Source: a virus. From it: a stretch of 64,000 nt of DNA. Within the stretch, counting starts at the first letter, position 1, and each line of letters opens with the position of its first letter. Shown piece by piece: positions 29,353-40,599 of this stretch. The stretch lies in IMG/VR virus record IMGVR_UViG_3300017757_000001; one strand, written 5' to 3'. Under the pieces are notes generated by a model. It did not search any database. It saw only the letters and a program-made list of their open reading frames with translations, and was not told the origin of the DNA. A program made the translations under genes and the position numbers.

Positions 29353-32300
29353 TTAACCTTCACTTGGAGTTTTTTCATCATCTTTTGGTTCTGCATATCC
29401 TGGAACTGCATATTTTGCGTAATTTGGAGAAGTTAGACCATGTTTATTACCAAACACTAACCAAATATCAGGTTCACCACAAACGAACCAATATCCTGTT
29501 TCTATTTTAGTTTTATTAGTATAAACTCCATCAATCATCTGTCTACCTTTAGGTGTTACAGTTTTCATTGAACCTGTTTCATTTTGTACTAATAATTGAT
29601 TTGTATAAAATGAACCTGAATTAAATAATGTAGGTGAACTACCACCATTTTGAGTAATATATCTATGAGATTCTGGTCTATTACTAGCACTATCCCAATA
29701 CATCATTTGACCTCTATCTGTTTGATTTATTGCATAATCTAATCCAATTGTTATATCTCCTGATAAAGTACCACCACCTGTTATAGGTCCAGTAACATTT
29801 ACACTTACATAAGTACCAGAAGTACCTACATTACCTGATATTCCTGAAGTACCATTAGCTCCTGATGAACCTGAAGTTCCTGAGTTTCCAGAAGAACCTG
29901 ATGTACCCGTAGCTCCTGATGAACCTGATGTACCGGCTCCTGAACCACTTGTTCCTGAAGAACCATCTCCTCCTGAAGTTGCTCCTGCTCCTGAAGTTCC
30001 TGCTATACCATCTGTACCACTTGTTCCTGAAGTACCATCTGCTCCAGAAGTTGCTGCATCTCCAGTTGAACCTGCTATACCATCTGTACCTGAAGTACCA
30101 CTTGTACCATCTGCTCCTGACGTTGCTGCATCCCCAGTTGAACCTGCTATACCATCTGTACCACTTGTTCCTGAAGTACCATCTGCTCCAGATGAACCTA
30201 CATCCCCTGAAGTACCTGATGTACCTGAAGAACCACTTCCCCCTGATGAGCCAATATTTCCTGATGTACCACTTCCCCCAGTTGAACCTGAAGTACCAGT
30301 TGTACCACTTATTCCATTAGTATTAGCTGTACCTGATGTACCTGCCGTTCCCGAAGAACCTGATGTTCCAGAAGAACCTGATGTTGGTGAATAACATATA
30401 GTATATTTAACACCTACAGTTAATGTAAATGAAGAACTTATTAATGGTAAATAAGTAACTGTAAAATTAGAACCTCCACCTAAAATATTAGTAACTTCAT
30501 AATAACTAATATTTCCAGTTGCGGTCATATCAATTAATTTTATAATATCACCTACACTTACATTAGCAGCCCATGGGAATATGTTTGGAGTAGCTGTTGA
30601 TAAAATAAATTGATTAATATTTTGTGAACCAAGATGACTTACATAAAATGCACCAGCTGGGACAGGTGCAGTTTGAGAAGCTTGAGCTATAGTACAACCA
30701 CCACTTACACCTGAAGTACCTGAACTTGACCCTGCACCTGATGTACTTCCAGTTCCTGAAGTACCTGATGTACCATCAGTACCTGATGTATGTGAATTTC
30801 CTGAAGTACCTGCTGTACCTGTAGTACAACTATCACCTGAAGTAGCACAAGTACCACTACTACCACTTTCTCCTGAAGTACCACTTGTTCCTGTAGTACA
30901 ACTTGTTCCATTAGTACCATTTGCACCTGTTGTACCTGATGTTCCTGATGAACCTGAAGTGTTTGATAAAGCACTTTCTCCTGCTGTACCATCTGTTCCT
31001 GAATTTCCTGAAGTACCTGCTGTACCTGAAGTTTCCCCATCTCCTGAAGTACCTGCTGTACCTGAAGTTCCACTCACTCCTGATTGGCCTGAAACTCCTG
31101 AAGAACCTAATTCACCTGATGTACCTGCTGTACCTGCTGTACCTGCTGTACCTGATGTGCCTGAATTTCCACTACTACCACTTCCTCCTGAAGTACCACT
31201 ATTACCTGTTGATCCTATAGCACCTGAAGTACCTGATGTACCCGAAGAACCACTTCCTCCTGATGAACCACTATTTCCTGAAGATCCAATGTCACCTGTA
31301 GAACCTGAAGTTCCAGTAGTACCACTTACTCCATTTGTACCTGATACCCCACTAGTTCCTGATGTACCTGATGTACCAGTAGAAGCACTTGAACCTGAAG
31401 TACCTGTAAATCCAGATGTTCCACTATCTCCTGTTGTACCTGAAGTACCTGTAGTTCCTGTTGTACCATTTGTTCCTGAATTTCCTGAAGTACCTGCTGT
31501 ACCTGTAGTTCCACTTACTCCTGATTGACCTGAAACTCCTGAAGAACCTAATTCACCTGATGTACCTGCTGTACCTGCTGTTCCTGAAGAACCATTAGAT
31601 CCACTTCCTCCTGATGAACCAATTGCACCTGTAGTACCACTTACTCCACCTGTACCTGATGTACCTGATGATCCACTATTACCTGAAGAAGCATCATCTC
31701 CACTACTACCAGCTGTTCCACTAGAACCCGATGAACCTGATGTTGCACTAAGTCCTGAAGATCCTACAGTTCCTGATAATCCACTACTTCCTGAAGTACC
31801 TGAGGTACCTGATGTCATTGATAAGGCACTTTGTCCAAATGTTCCTTCTGTACCTGATAATCCTGAAGTTCCTGAAGTTCCTGAAGATCCTGCACCACCT
31901 GATGTACCTGAAGAATGCCCTGAACCTGAAGTACCTGCTGTACCTGAAGATGAACTTGCACCTGAAGATCCATGGTCTCCTGTTGAACCTGAAGTACCTG
32001 TAGAACCTGCTGTTCCTGAAGAACCACTACCTCCTGAAGATCCAATGTTACCTGTAGAACCTGATTCTCCCGAAGTACCATCTGTTCCTGAAGAACTTGA
32101 TAATCCTGAAGTACCTTCTGTACTTGAAGCTCCTGAAGTACCTGAAGTTCCTGTTGTACCTGATAAAGAACTAAACCCACTTGTTCCTGCTGTACTTGAA
32201 GCTCCTGAAGTACCATCTGTACCAGAAGTACTACTGTTACCTGAAGTACCTGCTGTACCCGTAGAACCACTTACTCCTGATTGGCCTGAAACTCCTGAAG

Positions 32301-35300
32301 AGCCTAAAACTCCAGAAGAACCTGCTGTACCATCTGATCCTGAAGTACCTGAAGAGCCACTTCCTCCTGATGAACCACTATTACCTGTTGATCCACTTCC
32401 CCCTGAAGTTCCAGTAGTACCATCAGAACCTGATTCTCCTGTTGTACCTGAAGTTCCTGTAGAACCTGATTCTCCTGTTGTACCTGATGTACCATCTGAA
32501 CCTGAATTACCTGTTGTACCTGCTGTTCCTGAAGAACCTGTTGTTCCTGAAGTTCCAGTAGTACCATCTGAACCTGAATTACCTGTTGTACCTGAAGTTC
32601 CTGTAGAACCTGCTGTTCCTGAAGTACCTGATGTATCTGAATTTCCACTAACAGCTTCTACACATATTAGTTCTTTAACATTTCCTATTAAAGTAAATGA
32701 TGATCCTGATGTATTAGATACAGTAAATACTGTAGTTGATCCACCTATAGATACTGCTGATGCTAAATAAGTATTTATAACACCTGTTGCTAGGTGTGTT
32801 ATTGATAATACACTTCCAATCCCAGCACTAGTAACCCATGGGAATGCAGCATTAGGTAATTCAATACTTGTAATATTATTTGAATTAGTAGAATTTGCGG
32901 TAAATTGAGGGGGTGAACCTACTGGGGATGAACTAACAAAATCAGCTATAACACACCCACCACTTAATCCTGAAGAACCTGCTGTACCAGTAGTACCTGC
33001 TGTACCACTTGATCCACTTTCTCCTGTTGTACCATCTGTTCCTGAAGAACCTGTTGTACCTGATGTACCAGTTGTACCACTAGAACCACTTTCTCCAGTT
33101 GTACCACTAGTTCCAGTAGAACCTGTTGTACCTGAAGTTCCAGTTGTACCACTTGATCCACTTTCTCCAGTTGTACCACTAGTTCCACTTTCTCCTGAAG
33201 TACCAGTTGTTCCTGTAGAACCTGATTCACCTGCTGTACCTGAAGTACCATCTGAGCCACTTTCTCCTGTTGTACCATCTGTTCCTGAAGAACCTGAAGT
33301 TCCAGTTGAACCTGAAGTACCATCTGAACCTGATTCACCTGAAGTACCTATTGTTCCTGAAGAACCTGATGTTCCTGTTGTACCTGAAGTACCATTTGTA
33401 CCTGATTGTCCTCCTGTACCTGAAGTTCCTGAAGTACCTGAAGTACCACTTACTCCTGATTGACCTGAAACTCCTGAAGAACCTAGAATTCCTGATGTAC
33501 CTGCTGTACCATCTGATCCTGAAGAACCTGAAGTTCCTGATTCACCTGATTCACCTTTTGTACCATCATTTCCACTAGTACCTGATGTACCAGATGTACC
33601 TGTAGAATTTGATTGACCTGTTGTACCTGCTGTTCCTGTAGAACCCGAAGATCCTGAAGTTCCAGTTGAACCACTTGATCCACTTTCTCCTGTTGTACCA
33701 TCTGTTCCAGATGAACCTGAAGTTCCTGTAGTACCTGAAGTACCATCTGAACCTGATTCTCCTGTTGTACCACTAGTTCCAGTAGAACCTGTTGTACCTG
33801 AAGTTCCAGTTGTACCACTTGATCCACTTTCTCCAGTTGTACCATCTGTTCCTGAAGAACCTGAAGTTCCAGTAGTACCACTTGATCCACTTTCTCCTGA
33901 AGTACCATTAGATCCAGTTGTTCCATGAGTTCCAGTTGTTCCTGTAGTACCTGCTGTACCTGAAGTACCATTTGTACCTGAAGTACCATCTGAGCCACTA
34001 TCCCCTGAAGTACCATCTGTTCCTGTAGTACCTGCTGTTCCTGAAGTACCACTTACCCCAGATTGACCTGAAACTCCTGAAGAACCTAAAACTCCAGAAG
34101 AACCTGCTGTACCATCTGTTCCTGAAGTACCTGAAGTTGCACTTTGTCCTGATGTACCTGAAGAATGTCCTGAACCTGAAGTACCTGCTGTTCCTGAAGA
34201 TGAACTTGCACCTGAAGATCCATGGTCTCCTGTTGTACCTGAAGTTCCTGTAGAACCTGCTGTACCATCTGAACCTGAATCACCTGAAGAACCATCATTT
34301 CCTGTTGATCCTGAAGTACCTGCTGTTCCTGCTGTACCATCTGAGCCTGATTCACCTGCTGTTCCTGCTGTACCATCAGAACCTGATTCTCCATTTGTTC
34401 CTGAAGAACCATCAGAACCACTTTCTCCTGCTGTACCATCTGTTCCTGTAGAACCTGAAGTTCCTGTAGTACCTGAAGTACCATCTGAGCCACTTTCCCC
34501 TGAAGAACCATCTGTTCCTGTAGAACCTGCTGTTCCTGAAGTTCCAGAAGTACCATCGGAACCTGATTCTCCGCTTGTTCCTGAAGTACCTGATGTTCCT
34601 CCTGTACCATTAGTACCTGAAGTGCCATCAGATCCTGAATTTCCGCTTGTTCCTGAAGTACCTGCTGTTCCTCCTGTACCATTAGTACCTGAAGTACCAT
34701 TAGATCCTGATTCACCTGAAGTACCTGAAGTTCCTTCTGTACCACTTGTTCCTGAAGAACCATCAGAACCTGATTTACCTGAAGTGTTGGATGAACCTGC
34801 TGTACCTCCTGTTCCTGAAGTACCATCTGAACCACTTACTCCAGTTGTTCCTGATGTACCATCAGAACCTGATTCTCCGGATGTGCCATCTGTTCCTGTA
34901 GAACCTGCTGTACCTGATGAACCCGAAGAACCATCAGAACCACTATCTCCTGAAGAACCATCTGTTCCTGTAGAACCTGCTGTTCCTGAAGTTCCAGAAG
35001 TACCATTTGAGCCACTATCCCCTGAAGTACCATCTGTTCCTGTAGAACCTGATGTACCTGATGTACCTGAAGAACCATCAGAACCTGATTCACCTGATGT
35101 ACCTGAAGAACCATCTGTACCTGAAGTACCTGAAGTTCCAGAAGTACCATCTGTTCCAGATATACCTGATGTACCTGAAGAACCATCTGAGCCTGAAGTA
35201 CCTGAAGTACCTGAAGTACCATCTGTTCCTGAAGAACCTGATGTACCTGATGTACCTGAAGTACCATCAGAACCTGATTCTCCACTTGTTCCTGAAGTAC

Positions 35301-36087
35301 CTGAAGTACCACTTACTCCATTTGTTCCATTTGTACCATCTGAACCTGATTCACCTGAAGTACCTGCTGTACCATCTGAACCTGATTCACCTGAAGTACC
35401 TGAAGTACCACTTGTATTATTTGTACCCGATGTACCTGCTGTACCACTTGCTCCTGAAGAACCTATTAATCCCGAAGTACCTGAAGTACCAGATTCTCCA
35501 GCTGTACCATTTGTGCCTGAAAAACCACTTGTACCTGATGTTACATTTACATATCCTAATATTCCTGTTACTGCATCATAAGTAACAATTGTAGGCATAT
35601 CTTGTGTTGGAAGAGTATTTATTTTAAAATTTTCAAAAACTGATCCAGGTTTTTCAGTTAATTGAAATGCTGCACTACCTGTTACTAAGAAACTACCTGT
35701 AATTTCTGCTGGGTGGTTAGGTAATGCTATTGTTCCTGATCCTGAGTATGGAAATGAAACACCTTGTGAATCGGTTATTTCTATGTTTATACCATTAGCA
35801 CCATTAGGAGTAATACTATTTATAGCATTACCAGTTAAATATACTTCTGTAGTATTAGACGTTATTACACTACCATTATACAAAAATTGTATACCACTAC
35901 CATAACCTGGCATAGTAGATAAGTCAATACTATGAGAATAATAAGATTGACTAGCAAAGTAAAAATTTATTTTACTACCTTCTAAAGAACTTGAAGCATA
36001 TAAAGATTGCCAGTTAGTATCAACTTCATACCAAGTTAATTCTGATCCTTTATTTATCCTTAATAATATGTCTGGTACAAATGGCAT
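29353..36087 (-). CDS. Giant Gly-X-X (Ser/Thr-rich) repeat protein, probable virion fibre
   Basis: 2244 aa; N-terminal [18 protein letters not shown] anchor-like motif; ~1700 aa of SGT/TGT/SGS triplets; two ~100-aa globular inserts; C-terminal [19 protein letters not shown] then head domain; follows the neck genes. Confidence 0.8.
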   Translation of the reverse strand: MPFVPDILLRINKGSELTWYEVDTNWQSLYASSSLEGSKINFYFASQSYYSHSIDLSTMPGYGSGIQFLYNGSVITSNTTEVYLTGNAINSITPNGANGINIEITDSQGVSFPYSGSGTIALPNHPAEITGSFLVTGSAAFQLTEKPGSVFENFKINTLPTQDMPTIVTYDAVTGILGYVNVTSGTSGFSGTNGTAGESGTSGTSGLIGSSGASGTAGTSGTNNTSGTSGTSGESGSDGTAGTSGESGSDGTNGTNGVSGTSGTSGTSGESGSDGTSGTSGTSGSSGTDGTSGTSGTSGSDGSSGTSGISGTDGTSGTSGTSGTDGSSGTSGESGSDGSSGTSGTSGSTGTDGTSGDSGSNGTSGTSGTAGSTGTDGSSGDSGSDGSSGSSGTAGSTGTDGTSGESGSDGTSGTTGVSGSDGTSGTGGTAGSSNTSGKSGSDGSSGTSGTEGTSGTSGESGSNGTSGTNGTGGTAGTSGTSGNSGSDGTSGTNGTGGTSGTSGTSGESGSDGTSGTSGTAGSTGTDGSSGESGSDGTSGTTGTSGSTGTDGTAGESGSDGSSGTNGESGSDGTAGTAGESGSDGTAGTAGTSGSTGNDGSSGDSGSDGTAGSTGTSGTTGDHGSSGASSSSGTAGTSGSGHSSGTSGQSATSGTSGTDGTAGSSGVLGSSGVSGQSGVSGTSGTAGTTGTDGTSGDSGSDGTSGTNGTSGTAGTTGTTGTHGTTGSNGTSGESGSSGTTGTSGSSGTDGTTGESGSSGTTGTSGTTGSTGTSGTTGESGSDGTSGTTGTSGSSGTDGTTGESGSSGSTGTSGSSGSTGTAGTTGQSNSTGTSGTSGTSGNDGTKGESGESGTSGSSGSDGTAGTSGILGSSGVSGQSGVSGTSGTSGTSGTGGQSGTNGTSGTTGTSGSSGTIGTSGESGSDGTSGSTGTSGSSGTDGTTGESGSDGTSGTAGESGSTGTTGTSGESGTSGTTGESGSSGTTGTSGTTGSTGTSGTTGESGSSGTTGTSGTTGSSGTDGTTGESGSSGTAGTTGTAGSSGLSGGCVIADFVSSSPVGSPPQFTANSTNSNNITSIELPNAAFPWVTSAGIGSVLSITHLATGVINTYLASAVSIGGSTTVFTVSNTSGSSFTLIGNVKELICVEAVSGNSDTSGTSGTAGSTGTSGTTGNSGSDGTTGTSGTTGSSGTAGTTGNSGSDGTSGTTGESGSTGTSGTTGESGSDGTTGTSGGSGSTGNSGSSGGSGSSGTSGSDGTAGSSGVLGSSGVSGQSGVSGSTGTAGTSGNSSTSGTDGTSGASSTAGTSGFSSLSGTTGTSGTSGASSTEGTSGLSSSSGTDGTSGESGSTGNIGSSGGSGSSGTAGSTGTSGSTGDHGSSGASSSSGTAGTSGSGHSSGTSGGAGSSGTSGTSGLSGTEGTFGQSALSMTSGTSGTSGSSGLSGTVGSSGLSATSGSSGSSGTAGSSGDDASSGNSGSSGTSGTGGVSGTTGAIGSSGGSGSNGSSGTAGTAGTSGELGSSGVSGQSGVSGTTGTAGTSGNSGTNGTTGTTGTSGTTGDSGTSGFTGTSGSSASTGTSGTSGTSGVSGTNGVSGTTGTSGSTGDIGSSGNSGSSGGSGSSGTSGTSGAIGSTGNSGTSGGSGSSGNSGTSGTAGTAGTAGTSGELGSSGVSGQSGVSGTSGTAGTSGDGETSGTAGTSGNSGTDGTAGESALSNTSGSSGTSGTTGANGTNGTSCTTGTSGTSGESGSSGTCATSGDSCTTGTAGTSGNSHTSGTDGTSGTSGTGSTSGAGSSSGTSGVSGGCTIAQASQTAPVPAGAFYVSHLGSQNINQFILSTATPNIFPWAANVSVGDIIKLIDMTATGNISYYEVTNILGGGSNFTVTYLPLISSSFTLTVGVKYTICYSPTSGSSGTSGSSGTAGTSGTANTNGISGTTGTSGSTGGSGTSGNIGSSGGSGSSGTSGTSGDVGSSGADGTSGTSGTDGIAGSTGDAATSGADGTSGTSGTDGIAGSTGDAATSGADGTSGTSGTDGIAGTSGAGATSGGDGSSGTSGSGAGTSGSSGATGTSGSSGNSGTSGSSGANGTSGISGNVGTSGTYVSVNVTGPITGGGTLSGDITIGLDYAINQTDRGQMMYWDSASNRPESHRYITQNGGSSPTLFNSGSFYTNQLLVQNETGSMKTVTPKGRQMIDGVYTNKTKIETGYWFVCGEPDIWLVFGNKHGLTSPNYAKYAVPGYAEPKDDEKTPSEG
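29810..35540 (-). repeat. Degenerate 9-bp (Gly-X-X) tandem repeat array within the fibre gene, with higher-order blocks
   Basis: Plus-strand units such as gtacctgaa/gttcctgaa; [14 protein letters not shown] x5, [28 protein letters not shown] x2, [15 protein letters not shown] x3. Confidence 0.95.
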
Positions 36088-37029
36088 TTATTCTTTATTA
36101 TGTAAATCTGGGTTAATTTCTTTTCTATTTGGATCTTTAGCAAATACTTTTTCTATATCTTCGATTGCATACTCTTGTATTAAAACTTGTGTAGCATTAC
36201 TTATTTTTTTAACTGCTGATAGTTGTTTTTGTGTTACATCAGGAACTACATAACCATGTAATTTCATTGAAAATGTGCTTTTAACTATTCTTTCACCTGA
36301 TGGTGGTAGTATTGTATCAGTTGCTATAGAATTAATATTAGCTCTAAATTTAAATCTTTGAGGGTCACCCCAATAAGAATCAGATGCATAATTTATAGCT
36401 TCTACTAAACCATTCATTTGTTCTACATAATAGGTAGATATAATAAAATCATAATTTAAAGTCATATAATCTGGTATAACTACCGCATAATAATCTTTTT
36501 TAGGTATTCTATTTGTTAGTATATTAAAATTATCATATTGATTTTTTTTACTATATTTTTTTTCAAATAATTGTACGTTATTAGGAAAGTTAGCATCTAA
36601 TTTATTAGATAAATTTCTAACTTTTTCCATACTTGTTCTTTTAAAAGTAATAAGGGGCATCATTATTTTTCCCTTTTTATCTTGTAAATATCCTTTTTTC
36701 TGTACTTGAACCCATCTTTCAGGTGAACCATAATATAAAGGTACATTTAATTGTGCTCCGTTTTGCATTACTGTGGGTTTAATAACCTCATTTATATAAT
36801 ACATTACTGCTTCATCAATATCTTTTAATCCTAAACTAAAAGGTTTTGTATTGTCTCCCCTAAATGTTTTTTGATTTCCTCTATTTTTATTAGGAGGATA
36901 TGAAGTATTATTGGGATTACCAGTAGAAGAAAAACCAGGAGACCCTGCAGGAGGGTTGTATGGAGTTTGTTGAGAAACACTAATTTGTCTTTGTGTTTTT
37001 GGTATGGGTGTTTTTCCTTGTTTTGCCAT
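36088..37029 (-). CDS. Tail completion / terminator protein (T4 gp15-like)
   Basis: LKDIDEAV, VPLYYGSPERW, MPLITFKR, PDYMTLNY...YVEQMNGLVE; follows gp13/gp14-like genes. Confidence 0.6.
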   Translation of the reverse strand: MAKQGKTPIPKTQRQISVSQQTPYNPPAGSPGFSSTGNPNNTSYPPNKNRGNQKTFRGDNTKPFSLGLKDIDEAVMYYINEVIKPTVMQNGAQLNVPLYYGSPERWVQVQKKGYLQDKKGKIMMPLITFKRTSMEKVRNLSNKLDANFPNNVQLFEKKYSKKNQYDNFNILTNRIPKKDYYAVVIPDYMTLNYDFIISTYYVEQMNGLVEAINYASDSYWGDPQRFKFRANINSIATDTILPPSGERIVKSTFSMKLHGYVVPDVTQKQLSAVKKISNATQVLIQEYAIEDIEKVFAKDPNRKEINPDLHNKE

Positions 37030-37631
37030 TATATAAATCTTTCTCTTGTTATACCTACTTTATCAGCTGGGACATAATGTGTTTTAACTATAATTGAAGT
37101 ATTCCACCCATATTCACCTAATCCTGGGTTATATGGATTTGGTTCATTAGGGTAAGATGGATTTTTTCCAACAAAATATTGGTTAGCATCAATATCATCT
37201 ACTTCATAATATCCTTCTTGGTATAAGATAATATCACCTACTTCAGGAACTAAATCAGCTCCATAAGAACTAGTAACATTATTATTTACATATCCACTTC
37301 TATAAGTACCTTCAGTATAACTCATACTTATATTAAAATCTTCAGCTTTTCCTAATAAATCATCTCTTAAAAATTTAAAAGTAGTACTCCAAGCAAAATC
37401 CGTACCAAATTCTGTTTCTGGTTGAGACTGTTCATCTCTATCAACTACACAATTTAATAAAACAGGACCCATATAGTATTTTTCCTCAGCCGACTCTCCA
37501 TATAAATTTACTTTAGTTTCTTCTAACTTAAACTTATAAAAAGAACACTGTTGGGTGATAATATCACCCATCAATTCTCTATTTAAGTTTCTAAAGAGAC
37601 TAATGTCTCTTGCTGATCCAAACATTGCCAT
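37029..37631 (-). CDS. Neck / head-closure protein (T4 gp14-like)
   Basis: NLYGES, PEVGDIILY...YYEVD; position between gp13-like and gp15-like genes. Confidence 0.6.
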   Translation of the reverse strand: MAMFGSARDISLFRNLNRELMGDIITQQCSFYKFKLEETKVNLYGESAEEKYYMGPVLLNCVVDRDEQSQPETEFGTDFAWSTTFKFLRDDLLGKAEDFNISMSYTEGTYRSGYVNNNVTSSYGADLVPEVGDIILYQEGYYEVDDIDANQYFVGKNPSYPNEPNPYNPGLGEYGWNTSIIVKTHYVPADKVGITRERFI

Positions 37632-37632
37632 A

Positions 37633-38820
37633 TTACCCTATATAAATTACTCGTGGAACCTTATCTAATTCTTTTTGAACAAAATCAGATTCCATTGTTC
37701 TTCTTTCTAATAACTTTTCTCTAGATGTTTCATCAAAAAATGCTCTTAGTTTTTCTAATAATGCTTCTTTTTCAGCTCGTGCAGCTGCTAATAAATCAGC
37801 TTGATTTAATGTAACTTCAGCACCTGGTATAGGTACTTGTGTATATTTACCCCTAACATATCCCAACATTTCTTTAGCAATTGCTAATGTCATTTCAAAT
37901 ATCCAAGCTCTACCTACTGAATTAATATCTGAATATTTTGGGTTTTTATAAGGTACTCCACTAACTGTTTTAATTTTTAAATATCCATCTTCAAATGATG
38001 CTGAATTTCTTTCTGAATTTAACATAAATTCAAACCATATACTACCTGCTGAACCTGAAGGATGTGCTCCTGGTACACCATTAACAGGTACATTTCTTGG
38101 GATTGGAAATACTCTTAATACATTGTTATGCATTTCAAACGAAAAATTAGATCTTCTAATAGTATCACTTAATTCTATAGCTTGAATTACTTGTGTATCA
38201 TAATTAAGGGGCATCATCATAAAATTAACAGCAGGAGAATAATTACCCCAACCAAAAGAATCCATCATATTCATCATTCCTGTACCTGATCCTACGTATG
38301 GGTCGAAAAATTTAACAATAGCTGGAGTATTCTCATAAAATACTCTCATTATTTCTATATCATTATCTTTATACCCATTTTCAATTGCCCAAGCATTTAA
38401 ATCATAATCTTGAACACTACCTGTTAAATGAATTCTTCCTTTATGCCATGGTACATTTCCTCCAGTTCCTGCTTCAGCTCCATATTGTTCTGATAATGCT
38501 ATTATACGTCCTAAATTAGGTGTTACAATAGTTTCATTTATATCAATTGAATCAGGTGTACCTTCTAATGATAAATAATTATCTCTTATTTTATAAGCAA
38601 ATAACTCATTACCATATAAAGTAACTGCTTCTTCAAAAGCAGCATAAAAATTTTTAGCTTGTAATTCAATTTCAACAATAGGATATCCCATTCTTCTAGA
38701 ACAGAAAACACAGACTTTAGGTGCATCTTGCTCAAATGCAGTATCATAATCATAAAATCCAAATGGTGTATCACCAGGATGAAATGAAGCCGAACCAGGC
38801 CATATAGGTATATTTGCCAT
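37633..38820 (-). CDS. gp13: Neck / head-tail adaptor (T4 gp13-like)
   Basis: RMGYPIVEIEL, WIFEMTLAIAKEMLGYVRGKY...IPGAEVTLN, ends IYIG. Confidence 0.8.
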   Translation of the reverse strand: MANIPIWPGSASFHPGDTPFGFYDYDTAFEQDAPKVCVFCSRRMGYPIVEIELQAKNFYAAFEEAVTLYGNELFAYKIRDNYLSLEGTPDSIDINETIVTPNLGRIIALSEQYGAEAGTGGNVPWHKGRIHLTGSVQDYDLNAWAIENGYKDNDIEIMRVFYENTPAIVKFFDPYVGSGTGMMNMMDSFGWGNYSPAVNFMMMPLNYDTQVIQAIELSDTIRRSNFSFEMHNNVLRVFPIPRNVPVNGVPGAHPSGSAGSIWFEFMLNSERNSASFEDGYLKIKTVSGVPYKNPKYSDINSVGRAWIFEMTLAIAKEMLGYVRGKYTQVPIPGAEVTLNQADLLAAARAEKEALLEKLRAFFDETSREKLLERRTMESDFVQKELDKVPRVIYIG

Positions 38821-38832
38821 ATTTTATATTTT

Positions 38833-39888
38833 TTAAGCGTTAACAATTACATATTCAACATCAATACTTGAGCTAATAGCATAAACTGAAATAAATTCAA
38901 TATCTTGTCCAAAAGATCCAATAAACTGACTTCCAGTTACATTAGGACTTGAAAACATTAATGATGATGTTGGTAAGCAATCCATAGTCCAATAACTTCT
39001 AGATGTATTAGTAGTAAAATCTGTAGCACCTAAAGTAACTAATAAATCACTTGCACCTCCTAAAGTAGTAGTACCATTCATAGTAAGTATATCATTTACT
39101 GAGTAACCTGTTCCTTGATTATTTACTATAATACTTGTAGGTTCAATTTGTATATTACTTACACTAACTCTAACAACTAAATCACCAACTACAGTACCTA
39201 AATTACCATCGGCATTTAAAGCTGCTTCTGTAAAAGTTATAGTTTCGGTATTACTATATCCTTGCCCGTTTCCTTCAACTGTAACTTGACTTACTATACC
39301 ACCAAAAGTTGTAATTTTAAATTTTGCTCCAACTCCTCCTCCACTAGAACTATTTTGAAATAGAAAATTTGTACTACCTGCAGCTGTTGCAGTTATATTA
39401 CTACTAATACCAACAGTAGAATTTACTACTAATTTACCAGCTGAATTATTAGTTATAACATTAAATGTTGCTCCTGTACCTGTTCCTCCGGTAACAGGAA
39501 CACCTGCTCCTCCATTAGTATATGTTCCTGCTGTACCTTGTAAACCCCCACCAGTATATGAAGATGGATATAATTCTTTAGCAGGATATAAAATTCCACC
39601 AACACCTGCTGATGAGGTAAAATTAACAGCTAGACTATAAGTATCATCTAAATTAGTTATTCTACCATATTTTAAACTACTTGAAGGGAAAGTACCTGCG
39701 CCTGGATTTACACCATTTACATTAATTAAATCAATTGATGTTGTATTAGGACAAGTAACAACCCTTCTATCATAATTAGTCACATTATCTATTCTATAAA
39801 AGTTCTCATTTACAGTCCTTATATCACTAACTACGTGTGTTTCTTTAATTTTAATTGAAAAAACTGTTGGTTTAAGAGTTGATGCCAT
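38833..39888 (-). CDS. Virion structural protein carrying GTGATF / G-x-GY...GD-x-LT beta modules
   Basis: KYGRITNLDD N-terminal block and IDVEYVI C-terminus bracket a Gly/Thr-rich insert; late motif upstream. Confidence 0.65.
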   Translation of the reverse strand: MASTLKPTVFSIKIKETHVVSDIRTVNENFYRIDNVTNYDRRVVTCPNTTSIDLINVNGVNPGAGTFPSSSLKYGRITNLDDTYSLAVNFTSSAGVGGILYPAKELYPSSYTGGGLQGTAGTYTNGGAGVPVTGGTGTGATFNVITNNSAGKLVVNSTVGISSNITATAAGSTNFLFQNSSSGGGVGAKFKITTFGGIVSQVTVEGNGQGYSNTETITFTEAALNADGNLGTVVGDLVVRVSVSNIQIEPTSIIVNNQGTGYSVNDILTMNGTTTLGGASDLLVTLGATDFTTNTSRSYWTMDCLPTSSLMFSSPNVTGSQFIGSFGQDIEFISVYAISSSIDVEYVIVNA

Positions 39889-39898
39889 ATCTTTTTGT

Positions 39899-39907
39899 TA
39901 TAAATAT
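39899..39907 (-). promoter_or_regulatory. Putative late promoter ATATTTATA
   Basis: Exact motif 11 nt upstream of ATG at 39888. Confidence 0.65.
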
Positions 39908-39933
39908 TGGGAAAATATTCTCTAATTTAGAAA

Positions 39934-40599
39934 TTAGTGATATCCATTCAATAAATCCAATAAATCATCTATAGCATCATGTCTGTGTGAATCTTCTAGC
40001 ACACATTTAAATACATATTTTGAGTTTGTTAACTTAGCCATGTCATGATAAGCTGAGTAGTTTTTATCTTTTAAATCAATTTGGTATGAATCCCCACAAA
40101 ATATCATTTTTGAATCTTTCCCTAATCTACCAATACACATAGCTAATTGTGACCTAGTTAAATTTTGAAATTCATCTACAATAACTACAGCATTATCAAA
40201 TGTACGTCCTCTAAAATGGGCTAAAGATACTAATTCTATTTTTTCATCTTTTTCCATTTTTTCTAAAATTGGAGGTTTATTATAAATTTTTCTCATATTA
40301 GACCTAATAGGTACTAACCAAGGTTCCATTTTTTCACGTTCTGAGCCTGGGAGGAATCCATTATCTTCTGTTGCTATAGTAGGTCTTGTAATGACAATTT
40401 TATTATATTGTCTTTTAAAAAATTGATCTAATGCTACTTGTACAGCTAATAATGTTTTACCACTACCTGCTTTTCCCACAATAAAATTATAGGGTGATTT
40501 TAATATTGCTGTTTTTGCTATCTTTTGTTCTTCTGACAAAGAGAGGCTAAATCGTATACTACCTTTGGGTGGTGTTTTTTCCATATTAGATTTTGGCAT
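39934..40599 (-). CDS. phoH: PhoH-family ATPase
   Basis: GKAGSGKT, ITRP, GFLPG, RGRTF, VDEFQN, GDSYQIDL, RH. Confidence 0.95.
   Translation of the reverse strand: MPKSNMEKTPPKGSIRFSLSLSEEQKIAKTAILKSPYNFIVGKAGSGKTLLAVQVALDQFFKRQYNKIVITRPTIATEDNGFLPGSEREKMEPWLVPIRSNMRKIYNKPPILEKMEKDEKIELVSLAHFRGRTFDNAVVIVDEFQNLTRSQLAMCIGRLGKDSKMIFCGDSYQIDLKDKNYSAYHDMAKLTNSKYVFKCVLEDSHRHDAIDDLLDLLNGYH

Noticed and set aside
29810-35540. Repeat array considered as a CRISPR array or DGR template/variable repeat
   Set aside because: No constant repeat with unique spacers, variation is mostly synonymous within one reading frame, and no cas or reverse transcriptase gene is present in the window
29919-35585. Many long alternative-frame and antisense ORFs (LQVQQ-, PEVP- and YLKYH-rich) inside the fibre gene
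   Set aside because: They follow automatically from the 9-bp Gly-X-X repeat lacking stops in other frames; they have no independent start signals and stop at or near the repeat boundaries
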